64,000 bases of DNA from Pseudogymnoascus verrucosus (lineage: Eukaryota): assembly GCA_001662655.1 (NCBI GenBank), contig KV460217.1, one strand, 5' to 3'. The notes beneath the pieces were generated by a model, which made no database searches, was not told the origin of the DNA, and saw only the letters and a program-made list of their open reading frames with translations. The translations under genes were made by a program, and so were the position numbers. Below are positions 37,615 through 49,478 of the stretch, piece by piece. The first letter of the stretch is position 1. The number at the start of each line of letters is the position of its first letter.

Positions 37615-38462
37615 GGGGCTATGCATGGCGTAAAGGAATAGGTGTGGGAAACAAGGAAATTGTCCTGAGTTGCCGGGGATGAGCTGTATACCTTTGCTAG
37701 CAGTTTATCTGGAAACCCGGTTCATGGTTACTCGTATTTTTGTTGTAATAAATTCTATTCATAGCGGGGGGTACAAGTAGTTCTGTCATCGGATTATCAA
37801 TAAAATATCATGAAACAAATGCCCTAAACTTTGCAACCCTATATATCAAAGATGAATACACAGTAACATGGATCGCGAGGGCATCGAAGCCATCATTGAT
37901 ACTACTGCAAAGAACAGGCGAAGCTCAAAAGGATAGCCAAGGAGCTTGTATTTGTAGAGGCCTCCATCATGTCTGTGGTATAATCGAGTCCATGCCAATG
38001 CTATTGCAATACTGTCACCACTATTCCAGTGCTGTCGTGCATCCCGCTACCGGCGGAGTTTGCTGTCACCGCCATGATATTATCGTGGGAGCAACGTACT
38101 CCGTCTTAGCCGTTTCCTTAGGTACGGGGGCACTCTCAAAATATATCCCTACTGAAGCAAACCAAGAAAGCAAATCCACAAAGTATTCTTGGTTTTCTTA
38201 AATGTGCGGTAGTGAGGAAGGTTGGAGTCAGTGCCCTCGCGCCTACTTTTATACCCATCGCGAAGCTCATTACTCATTATGTGTGTGGATTCAGGCAGGT
38301 TCTAATACTCTTCAATATAGCTGTTAGTTGTAGGAGATATGTGATAGTTCGAATCAGTTATTATTCGCCTTATATGCGTGTCGTATGGGCAAAACAGAAG
38401 CCATAACCACAGATTATATAAAGAGCTATCTCTCCGCCTACATAGGTCGGGTATCCTCTACA

Positions 38463-39923
38463 CTACTCTTCGTCGCTGCTCTCCTCCTCCTCCTCTTCAT
38501 CCTCATCCTCCTCCAGCACGTCGTCGCTCGCTCCCTCTGGGAGGTCCAGCATCACAAACGCAACAAGGCACGTAATCCGATTTTGTGTCTCGTAGTCTCC
38601 CACCATCTCGCCCACTAGCCCACCAGCGCCACCAAGCACATCCGCCATCTTCAGCCTCCACAACTTAACAGCTCCATCCGAAGACCCAGTCACGATAATG
38701 ACTGAGCCAGATTCCTCAAGCGGCAGGACCGCAAAGTCCTTAATCCTGTTCGTCACGCCGGCATCCTTCCCGCCAAGCTGCGCAAGAATCTTCGCCGCAG
38801 GTAAAGCGTCATCTCCCTCCTTGGCTGCTGGTGCAACTAGGTCCGTTGGATCGGTCGAGAAAAACACGATTCGGCCATCCTCAGTGCTAATCGCCAGCAC
38901 CATCTCTTCTCCCTCCTCGTCACGCTTCACATAGCGCACCTCATGGATCTTCGTGCGCCTATCAGGTAGGACCTTGCACCGAACCTTACAATCCATTCCA
39001 AACACCAACACACCCCACTCAAACGCAACTGCGAATTCCTCCCCTCCGGTCGTATTTCCCCACGCCACGCGGCGTCCCTCTCCGCTCCCAAACCTTCCCT
39101 CGTGAACCTCCCCAAGCATGCCACGCGAGAAATTCAACACTCCAGCCTTCTTTCCTGTCACCAAGTTCCACAGCCTCATGCAGCGTTCTCCACGTCCCAC
39201 GCTTAGCATAAGCTTCAGGCTGGGGTGCACAGCAAATGCATTCACTCCCGACGGCGCTCCTCCCACCGGTGCTGTGTCTCCACTCGGCCTTCCCTGCGCC
39301 TTCGGCACCGGAGCCTTAATAGACGAGAGAAGACTCCAATCCCTAGTGCGTGTAACAGCCATCGTGCAGTCCTCAGCGCTACTAAGTAACTTTCCACGAG
39401 TTGGGAAGTGCAGCCCTGTAACAGCAGCGGCGTGGTGCATCAGGGAGCCCAGCTCGCGGTTAGCTGGGTTCTCGACAACGGCGCGGGAGCTGAGGCCAGG
39501 GAGGGCGGGGACGGTGTGTTTGCGTGGCGGGTGGGCGGAGATGTGGTAGAGGTTTATGCGGGAGTCGGTGGAGCCGGTTGCGAGGAGGATTTTTTGTGGC
39601 TGGTTTGGGGTTGGGGCTGAAGGGGGGGAGAGGGCGAGGGCGCGGATGGCGGAGGTGTGCGCTGTGAAGAGGAAGGTGTCGGAGAAGGTGGCGGCCTCGG
39701 TGGCGGGGAGGGTCGCGGTGATTCCGTGGAGGATGCGGTCGTAGGAGCCGGTGATGATCTGGATTGTGACGTTGCTTCCAGATGCAGATGATTTGGCACC
39801 TGCTTTCGAAGGTTTGCTTTGCTTTGGGGCATTGACGGTTTTGGTCTTCTTAGGTGCCACTATTGGCTCCTCTACCGGTGCCGCCGCAGCGGTGAGGTTT
39901 TGGTTCCGCTTGCGTTTTGCCAT
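38463..39923 (-). CDS. MAK11: 60S biogenesis WD40 protein Mak11/PAK1IP1
   Basis: IQIITGSYDRILHG, FLFTAHTSAIR, HPSLKLMLSVG..RLWNLVTGKKAGVL, NRIKD, RITCL. Confidence 0.93.
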   Translation of the reverse strand: MAKRKRNQNLTAAAAPVEEPIVAPKKTKTVNAPKQSKPSKAGAKSSASGSNVTIQIITGSYDRILHGITATLPATEAATFSDTFLFTAHTSAIRALALSPPSAPTPNQPQKILLATGSTDSRINLYHISAHPPRKHTVPALPGLSSRAVVENPANRELGSLMHHAAAVTGLHFPTRGKLLSSAEDCTMAVTRTRDWSLLSSIKAPVPKAQGRPSGDTAPVGGAPSGVNAFAVHPSLKLMLSVGRGERCMRLWNLVTGKKAGVLNFSRGMLGEVHEGRFGSGEGRRVAWGNTTGGEEFAVAFEWGVLVFGMDCKVRCKVLPDRRTKIHEVRYVKRDEEGEEMVLAISTEDGRIVFFSTDPTDLVAPAAKEGDDALPAAKILAQLGGKDAGVTNRIKDFAVLPLEESGSVIIVTGSSDGAVKLWRLKMADVLGGAGGLVGEMVGDYETQNRITCLVAFVMLDLPEGASDDVLEEDEDEEEEEESSDEE

Positions 39924-40727
39924 TATGTTTGTTGGTTTTGTTGTGGTTTTGGGTTGTGTTGTTGACTTTTTGGAGCTTATCGGAAAAGTTTCTGGAGGGA
40001 AAATGCTCGGAAAATTTAAGGTTTCTTAGTGCCGGGTAGAGTTGACAGGGAGGGTCTACATCATTGATGATCAAAGGCGTCTCTAGTTATTGAAACAAAC
40101 AATGAGCCTTTCATAAGTGCACAGAGTAATTATCGTGTTTATTTGGGTAATAATAAAGGGATCTATTCATATTGCAATATAATTTATTTAAAAGTCCTAG
40201 GATTAATAACTAATACCGTCACTGATATTTTTTTACTTTGGGTTTAATTAATAAAACCAAATAAGGCCCCAGCAAATATATTTCAAACATATTTCAAATG
40301 AAGAAGAAAATGAAAATCGCCAAATTGCAAGAATACACTGCCACAGGCCTCCTAATAAAGTATATTTCCCGATAGAAGCTATATCTATAAGCCATCCAGA
40401 GTTTCAAGAGAGCGCCTTCTTTTGACCGACTGCCAAATCCATATACCACTGAACACACCGCAAATCTAGCCATTCCCCCTTACCTTCGATTGATATAATC
40501 TTACGAGATTAAAATAAACAAGCCTTTAAGAAAAACATATAAAAAAACCGCAGGAACTTAGAATATTAAAGATCTTAAACCACCACCAAACACCACCACC
40601 CAAAACCCCCACCATCACGTGCCGCACCCATATCTTATCGCCCAACCCCACATTCCCATCCGTCAAAAAAAAGCTTCCCATATCCCAGCCAACCCAACCC
40701 TCCCCCCACCACCGCGCGCCCGCAACA

Positions 40728-41205
40728 ATGAAGGTCCTAACCCTCAACTTCCTCACCTGCGCCGTCAAGGCCTGCAAGTCCTCCTCCGCCTCCTTCCCAC
40801 TACACCCCAAGGACGCCGAGCTTGTCTCCGAGGACCTGCCTACGAACGCGAAGCTGCTGGCGAACTTGCTGCCGAGACTGGATTGGGAGGCGCTTTCTAC
40901 TATCTCTGCTGAGGTTTGTCTATTCCGACTTCCCCTATAACCATTTCATGATCTTCTCGACTTTGCGACTTTTGGCTAGATTCAGGATGGAAGCTAACAA
41001 GCCCCAGCTTGGACTCCCCGCCCTTCCACCCACCGCCCCGGCGCCGGAGGACCTCGCTACCGATGAGCAGCTGCTGAAGGACTTGCATGTCCTGTTGATG
41101 GAGACGCAGATTAGCGCTGGAAAGCTGGTATGCGCGAACTGTGGACACGAGTACGTCGTTAGGGAAGGTGTTGCGAACTTCCTGCTGCCGGATCACTTGG
41201 TTTAA
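40728..41205 (+). CDS. TRM112: Methyltransferase activator subunit Trm112
   Basis: MKVLTLNFLTCAVKAC..FPL..LLPRLDWEAL|..LHVLLMETQISAGKLVCANCGHEY..EGVANFLL. Intron 40914-41007. Confidence 0.95.
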
Positions 41206-41848
41206 GGGGCGATGCGAAGACAGGGAGGGGTAGATAGAAAGAGAAAAAGGGCGGCGTTGGGCGTTGGGGTGGACTTTCGTGAATGCATGCATAACTTGGG
41301 AGGATGATAGAGAATGGGGTTGGTTGTATGCCGAATACCAGGAGAAGAAAGCGTATAGATCAAAAATCACATCAAACATATCAGAAACGAGCAATCACAA
41401 GGGACGAGAACAAAGATCATGTTCTACAATGCCTTCCTTTCTACCTGAAGGCCCTGACTCCGCCTCATGTCCTATGTTGAGGTCGCTGGACGCCCAAACC
41501 CTGTTGAAAGATCTCCGTAGTAGTCCCCCAATGCTGCAGTGCAATGCAGTCTTAATAGTACAATACACATATATACGTCCCCATCACCATCATGCACTTA
41601 CACCCCTTCCCTTCCCATAGTCCTATAACCACACACAAAAAAAATGACCACAAAATTACCTCACCCTTGGGTGAAGGCTAGTTAGTAGTAGTAGTAGTCA
41701 AAATTACCAATCATCCCACCCCCAACAACCACACCACGGACAGAAACAAAAGTGAAGACTAAACGCCATGCGCCCCATCTCCCTGGATTTTCCCGCCGGC
41801 GCCGAGCAATGCATGCATGATAGATCCAAACAAGGGAACAAAGGTGCT

Positions 41849-44800
41849 TTAGTTGAGGAAGCCCTTGCAGGCGACTGTGCCGCACAGGCACGGGATACGA
41901 TCGTCGCTGCCGATCTCGCGCTCGAACTTGTAATCGTAGGTGAGCTCCTCATCTGGTTGGGATGTTAGTATATATTTCTCTATTCTGTGGTAAAGGGGTT
42001 CGACTTACTCAGCTTAATATCGCGGAGGGCATAGATGACAATGCGACGTGTTCCCTCAACCTTGATGATCTTCGCCGTGCAGTTCGGCATGCAGCTGTGA
42101 TTGATGAATCGGGCAATCCCACCGCGCTTCGTCGCATCCACGACTGTGTTCTCATCGATTCGGAAGAGGTAACTGCTCCCGATGCCGCTCTTGAGGTATA
42201 TACGCTCACGCAGATCCGCGACCGACTGGCGCAGCTTCTCTCCTACGTACTCGATGATCATATCATTCATCGCGATATTCTCCATAGCATACAGGCCCCA
42301 GTTGTGGATAGCCGAACGAGCAAACTTGACGGGCTTCTTGCGTTTCTTGAGCTGGTTGAAGCGCAGGGCGTCAGCTTCGCTGCCCAGTGTCTTCTTCTGG
42401 TCGTTAAGATCTGCAACAAAGCGGCGGTTGTTAACACGGTTGGCGCGAGAGGAGTCCTTCGAGACAAGCTTGTCGGCAGAAGCTTGAGTAGCTTCGGCAT
42501 CTTCTGAGGGATCCTCCTTTCCATCCCTCTTGGCTCGTGCTTGGCGTTCCTCACGATCTCTCTGGACCTTGATGCGATGTGGGAGATACTTTGACTTTTC
42601 CGAGTTGAGAATCTTCGTCGTTCCCTCAGTTCTCGCGGCTCCGGTTTCGTTAGGAACGTAGTAACCGTTGATGGAAAGTGGGCTTGTGATTGCCCCCCTA
42701 TAACCACCAGCCTTGGCAGCTCGTGTTTCCATTTGTTGCCAAGCCCATGTTGGAGCGCTCCCAATCTCCGCCTTTGGTCCATCGCCTAGTGCCGAGCGAA
42801 GAGCTTCTTCATCTTCGTCGTCGAGGGCAAGATGCTTGAGACCAGCCAAATCTAGGACTAACTTGGGGTCATCGTTAACCGTTGACAAAGGAACCTCTGT
42901 GGGCGTACCCCATTCAAGGTCGATGTCCACAACAGGATCAACTTCGTAGATGACATCGATGTCCGAATCGGCGTCGGCATCGGAATCAACGGCCTCTTCT
43001 TCATCTTCCTCTTCTACCAGCTCCTCCAGCTCCTCCTGTTGCTTCTTCAGAGCCTCACGTTCCTCAAAGAGCTGTTTCTTGGTCTTCCTCTTCTTGATAG
43101 GCTTGAGACCCTTCTTCTTGAGAAGAGCTGCTGCGGCATCGGGAAGAGGGGTTTCGCTGTTTTCATCAAGCAGTGGCGTCTCATCACCATCAGTCATGGC
43201 AATATCATCCGCAGATGGATCTTCACTGCTGATCTTGTGAGCAGATACCTCGAAGATCGCATCGCCTGACTTCTTCTGGCGTTTAGTGACCTTATCGGCC
43301 TTCAGGACCAGTTTCCTCTTCTTTGTTGGCGCGGAATCCGAGGCAGCTACGCTTGCTTCGGTCATCGAATCATCGAAGTCCACCAGCGCCTCATGCGACT
43401 CGCGCAGCTTGGACCTGGGCAAGAACGAATCGTCTTCCGACTGTTCATCCTCATCATCCGAGCTGACCCTGCTTCGCGGTCTCGATTCAGGCTCCTCTGT
43501 ATCGCGGGCAGAAGTTCGGTCTTCGTTATCTTCATCCCAATCATCACGGTCGGTGTGGAAATCATGCAGACGGTGTGGGTGTCGACCAGGCTGGATAACC
43601 GTCTCCCTCTTGCGTAATTTACCACGTTTCTTCTCCTTAGCTCTGGCTTCTGCCAGCAGAACCGCCTTCTTGGATACGCGGCCCTGTGCCTTTCGAATCC
43701 TAGGGAGAGCAGTGATATCGAGCTTACCTGCCTTGAGCAGGCGCTTATCGACGATCTCTGCCCTTGAATTGGGAGTGCCCACAGGTGTAGTATCCTCGTC
43801 ATCGTCATCTAAGAAAGCAGGCGGTGGCTTGGAGTCTGCTGGATCTGCGATGTTCAAACGTCGTCTCTTGGCAACGTGGTTATCGGGATCCAGGTAGGAG
43901 TATAGCGCGGGGGCAGCGACTCTGATTTTCAAGTCTTTGATCAACTTTTCTGTCAGTTCTCGAACAACCACATCTGTGGCTTCCTTTGCTGGGTCGAAGT
44001 TCTTTGCCCGCTGCCTCTTCTCCTCCTCGAGGTCGATTTCGTCATCTCTCTTCCTTTGCGCAGCGTCATCGCGTTCCCTATGGCTCTCCACTCTACGGCT
44101 TGGGCTGGGATGACGCCTGTATGATGATCTCGTAGGCTCGGGGTCTGCAGGTGCAATTTGCCCTGTCCCCCACTCTGCATGAGGCTTGTGGTCTTCATTC
44201 TTCCCATCGGTGCCGAAGATGAAAATCTCCATAACCATCGTATATGTGAACAAGGACGTTCCATTGGCCTGTCTGAGACACCTTTGTGCATCTAACCGGC
44301 CCTTGACGGAATCCGGGAACAAGATGAAATATCCAGTCTTGTCCAGGCGCAAGTTTTCGAGTTCGAAAGTGTTCAGCTTGTTCTTCATATGCTTAACGCT
44401 GGAACCCAGTACAGGGACGGAGTCGTGCCCAACAAAGATGTATGGCTGGGTCTTGATTTGGGGTTTGATGGGAGTAAGTTCAATGAGCTCAGAATCCCTT
44501 GGCGGGCGAGGGACGAATGCTGGTGCATGGCCGGGCCCACGCGGAGGCGGTCTGGCCGCAAAAGACGACGCTGGACCTTTTGGAGCTGTCGGTGGAGGAC
44601 CAAAGGTTTTCTCTCCATCACCACCTTTGACTTCCGCTTGGGGCTTCGATGCCACGGGTTTAAGGGCCTTCTTCTTCTGATCCGCCACAACCTTTGTAAC
44701 CAAGCGCTTGCTCCTGACACCATCTCGGTCGAATTCCACTTTGACGTTCCCCCCCCCAACCTTCTCGCCATTTCCCTTCCGCACAGCTTGTTTCGCCGCA

Positions 44801-45901
44801 TTAATAGCGCTCATTTTCCTGCCTGACTTATCGGAATCTGCGTAGCGGAAAGTTGCAATTCCGAGAGGTGTCCCGGTTTCCGGGTGCATTTTGTTACTGC
44901 TCTCCTGGATCTGGCCATAACTCGCAAATACGTTCAGAACCAGTTGTAGAGGCATGAGCGGATCGAATCCAGTAACCATCACTTGCGTAGGAGGCCCTGG
45001 CCCCACCGATATCTTTGGGTCATAGTGGTAAGGTCTCAGAAGCATGGGCTCATGTCTGAGTCGTGCTTTCGCGTGCATCGTGTAGTCTATGTCGATTTTG
45101 CGGTCACCGCCCAAAAGGCGCGGATCCTCCGGGGGAGCGTCATCTTCCTAATAACCCGTTAGCACTTCAATGCACTCGTAAGATGACGCTCCCCACGTGG
45201 TTTATACATACCCAAGAAATATCCTTATATTTGACCTTCGGTTTTGGTTTTATGCCAGACTTGTCAAGTTGCGGATCGAACACGCATTTCTGGCCCTTGG
45301 GCTTATCTCGATCTCGCACTTGTGCTCGTTGCGGCTCCGCCATATCTTGTGTTGGTGGTGGTGTGTCTTGAAGCACGTGCTTCGACGAGGAAGATTCTAC
45401 GTGCTCCAAAGATGATGGAGTTTTGAGGCCCGCTTTGTGACCTCTCGGGCTCGCTACTTGTCCGATGGGCGATGAGTCGTCATTCGTCAATGGCGTGAGA
45501 CTGATTAGATTTGAGGCCGCCGCGGCGCCAGTATTCTGTGCCGTAGTACTGAAAACAGAAGACGCGGTACTTGTGTGTGAGCTCGTAGATCGGACACAGT
45601 TCAGCAAATCTCCCTGTTGTAGCTCGCCCTCATCTGTCGGCGCGAGTATATTCGTATCACGGGCTCCCTCCTCGCCAGCCGCGCCAGAGATACTGCCCCG
45701 CCCCGACTCGTCGCGTGACCTGGAGGGGATATGCGCATCCCGGTCTGCATTCACGGGCTCCAGCAGCGGGGAATCGAGGGGTTTCGACTTTGCGCGCTCG
45801 CGCTCCTTGGCCCTGTTCTTCGCGGCCCGGGGGGCTGACGGGAAGAAGTCCGAGAAGCCCGCCGTCGAGGCGCGCGACATGGTGCTCGCTGATCGGTTCA
45901 A
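41849..45901 (-). CDS. SET1: Histone H3K4 methyltransferase Set1
   Basis: RRM region, N-SET (GAARTEG), SET domain ([30 protein letters not shown]) and post-SET CLCG..CKGFLN. Introns 45211-45148 and 42008-41953. The start may instead be the MSRAS ATG 21 nt downstream. Confidence 0.97.
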
Positions 45902-46569
45902 CCCTGGCTCCCGCCAACCATCGCTCTTATGATGTAAGAGATCGGAGTCAGGTCATCGGTGGAAACTGGGGGCGGCGTGGGCGATAGATATGTACGCGAC
46001 AGGAAAGGCCAGAGTCACGTAACGCGACGTCAGGAGAGCAAGTGTCGCGTTGGGTAGGCGATCTACGCCGGAGAAACCTTGAAATGAGTGTAGAAAGGAT
46101 CGCAGTATTTGTATTATGTGAAGCAATGAGGTGAAGGGTCGTGAGGGAGAGAACGGAGGTGCAACGTGTGGGTGAATTTTGGGTATGAGGTCGGAATTGA
46201 CATGCGCTTCGAAATTCATGCCCGCGAGATCAAATTGGCCAACCGCCACTAGGCTTAGTGCGGACACTAGCACATTTAAACCTTGGTGCCTACATTACAA
46301 GGCAACAACATTATTCAAAGTCATGGCACCCCGCCCCTATCTCTCCTGACAGAACTTATATATAAACAATGTAAATTAATTATTATGGAATTACATATTG
46401 CAGAGCTTCTTGTACTTCCTGCGTATTTTTTGGAGTAGAATTTCCTCTATTCGTAGACCCCTACAGGGAACTTCAATGTATTATCCTTACACGCTATGCC
46501 GTGCCGTGCTTATGCCAACTCATCCAGGGTATATCGCCAACCTAAACCTTAGTTATTCTGAAGAAAACT

Positions 46570-47751
46570 TCAGTTGTTTTGAAGAGCCGCGGCTCTGGAC
46601 TTCCGCCTCAAGAGCGCCAGCCGCCTGCCAATGTGCCCAAAGCACAAGACGGAGCAAAACAGAACACTCATGACCCAAACTGCGCTTTCGAACAACTCAT
46701 TGTTGTCACCCTGAGCATAGAATCCGGCGTGAGCAGAGCCCGCGGTGCTGTTATATGACGAATGAGCAGCAAGCGGGCTCTGAACCATGCTGGAATCAAA
46801 CATGAGTAGTCCAGTAGTGCCAATCAGCCCGACGGTGACGGAGAGAACGAAGCCTGGCTTCGAACGATCCAATAGATACCACAGGAATGGATTCACAAGA
46901 GCAAGAGTAAGAGAGGCCTGCAGGGTAGATGTCCAGGCAAGCTTGCGCTGCGTATTGTTAGCACCGAACAAAATCTGTCAGGGGGAGGGGGGACCTACAA
47001 TAGCAAAAGCAATGCCGAAAAATGCCCCAATACTTCTAACAACCGGAGTCCATTGTGCTGCAACTCCTTCCTCCTCGTTGGCCCCATCCGCTACTTTCCC
47101 GCCAATGGCGCTGCTTGTTACTTCTTCACCGAAGTATTCCTCCCACATGCCATCGAACCAAGGCAGCGCGCTTCCCATCGCCACGCCCGCCACACCCCAG
47201 AATAGTAGGTATTTCTTGTCGTAGCTTGGTTGTATCAAGCCTTGGGCGCCAAAAGGCGCGAGGCGCTGTTCGTTGTGGAGGTGTGTAACCAGCAACCCGT
47301 ATGCGGTGCCGAGAAGAAAGAGTAGGGTTGATCGCAACGTGAGGCCAACGATTCGGAGGTGCAGTGGTGTGACAGGCACCACATGCGGCGAACGGGCCCT
47401 TGGTCTGGAAGGTAGACTGGAGCCTGCCGGAGACAGTGGTGTCATGGCGCCGGTGCCAAACGGAGTGCCGAGCTCATTGTCCGCCATCTTCTCCGTGAAC
47501 GACGGCGAGTATATCCCAAAGAGCGTCGACGACGTCAGATTCAGGACCGAGCGTGTGGGGAGTAAGCTCGGAGTGTCGGAGCCGCCATTGGCATAGCCGT
47601 TGCCTGACTTTGCATCGAGATGGTTCGGGGAACTCGGGCGTACCGATGGTGTTGAAGCTTCGGACTCCGATGGCGGCGTCGCGGTTGTGAGGTTGATGTC
47701 GAATGGACGCCGGGGGACCGGGCGGACAATGGGAGGAGATTCGTAAGACAT
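46570..47751 (-). CDS. INSIG-family ER membrane protein (Nsg1/Nsg2-like)
   Basis: SVLNLTSSTLFGIY, WGVAGVAMGSALPWFD, VRSIGAFFGIAFAI|RKLAWTSTLQASLTLALVNPFLWYLLDRS, SVLFCSVLCFGHIGRRL. Intron 46998-46948. Confidence 0.88.
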
Positions 47752-48205
47752 GATAACTGTATTTCTATCTGCTCGCGACTTTATGAGAGTGTTCGGCCCT
47801 GGTGATTATTTGTTGAGGGCTCCGATGAATCGGGTGGGAAGGTGGTGCTTCACATCCGCCGCTTCTGGAGACGGACGACAATAATGCACAGCGGTGTGCT
47901 GCGTGCGAGGCTGTGTGTGAGATAAAAGTAATAGACTCGTAGATATGGTTCAATTCGTGAATGTGAAGAAGAACCTCACGATGGTCGTCGTCCTGTTCTC
48001 TTGTGTGGGTTTTGCGTACAGGGGGGCCAAAGGTTCAGCCTTGTCGGTATGTGCTCGGCCGCAAATAGTCCCCAATAGAATATTCTCGGCCTGTGAGAGA
48101 GTGATGACGCGGGCAAAGATATCAAATCAGAAAGAACCCCATAGAATATAAAATGCTTATGGTAGCAATAATTGTAGAGTTTGTTGGTGGGGGAATGAGG
48201 GTGAT

Positions 48206-48228
48206 GAAGAAGAAGAAGAAGAAGAAGA
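48206..48228 (+). repeat. (GAA)7 microsatellite
   Basis: Read directly from the sequence. Confidence 0.85.
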
Positions 48229-48937
48229 GGGGAAGTAATGGTACAGTAGCTATTTGGAGGTAGTAGTAACTCAAGCTATGTGGCCAGAAGGCACAGTCAT
48301 TGATTCATGGAGTGCACCTGGTGCCTCTCCGGCGTCCACACACCCAACAAACATCAACCACACCAAAATCCCATGGAGCAGGAACGCATTACGAAGGACG
48401 AGAACGCAGTTTCCTCATTGGTCAACGTCGACGGCTGGTGCATCGTTAGCTCCTATATACGGTTAGGCCCGCAGACCAACGTCGAAGATACTTATCATGT
48501 GATTCTAGACCATCCCTGTGCCTCCTCCTTTTGACGACCACCGACTGGTCAGGAGTGTGAAATATACTGCAATATACTGCATATGGGTGTAGAAAGATGG
48601 GGATGCAGCGATGAAATGGCAATGCGGTGCGAGGTGAGAATGTGACATGCAGATCCTGTGCCACCTTTCAGCAGCCAAGGCCGGCGAACATACGTGCGGC
48701 CGTCATATATCACATATGGATCAGTATATCATCCTGGGCGATATTGTCACGAATGCACGAACCAGCAGCGAGGTAATGTCAGCAAGAAGTCAGCTTTCAT
48801 TTCGGCAGTATCAACGAGCAAGCAGGTGAGGTAAGCAGAAGAAAGTGCAAACGAACGTGCAGAAGAACATCAAGAATAACATGGAAGAACAACATGCAGA
48901 AACGAAGTGACACAGGCTCTCTCGGCCAGGACACCAC

Positions 48938-49164
48938 CCACAAACCGGGTATACGCGTAGAAAAACAGAAGCAAATCTCCACAAACCGGGTATACGCACA
49001 GAAAAACAGAAACAAGCCACGGGTCCTTCATGGACACCGCAAAGGTAAGACTCCTAGAAAAACAGAAAGAAGTCGCGGGTCCTTCATGGACACCGCGAAG
49101 GTAAAACTCCGCGAAAAACAGAAACAAGTTGCGGGTCCTTCATGGACACCGCAAAGTAAACTCC
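48938..49164. repeat. Composite minisatellite: 2 x 41-bp units, then 3 x 56-bp units (last truncated), sharing GAAAAACAGAA
   Basis: CCACAAACCGGGTATACGC at 48938 and 48979; CGGGTCCTTCATGGACACCGC at 49020, 49076 and 49132. Confidence 0.92.
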
Positions 49165-49478
49165 ACTCAGACATGCGCCGAGAGATCGAAAACTGCGTCG
49201 ACGCACGCCGAGGGAAAGAGCCGAGCAAAGTGATGGCAGCGAGGCACATCAGCAGTGCTGGCGAAAGAAAAAGAAAGAAAGAGAAGACCGAAGAAGCCGG
49301 TGCCGAAAGCTGGCATCCGCAGACTGGGAGCCGCGAGGGCGCAAGCAACGAGCCAAAGCCCGGGCCCAACTTGGAGACCGAAGCGGAGAAACGACATCTG
49401 ACGGCCATGCCAGAAGCGAGTTCCAACCGCGGCCACCGAAGAAGAGACACCGAACCAATACCCGACGGCGCGGAGTCC

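Noticed and set aside
37860..38410. Small ORFs between securin and MAK11
   Set aside because: Convergent 3' intergenic region; no recognisable homology.
48254..48700. Cys-containing 75-aa ORF with apparent continuation past a TGA
   Set aside because: No family recognised; too weak to call a pseudogene.
48745..48912. Solo LTR (TGTCAC...GTGACA)
   Set aside because: No target-site duplication, primer-binding site or polypurine tract, and no second copy in the window.
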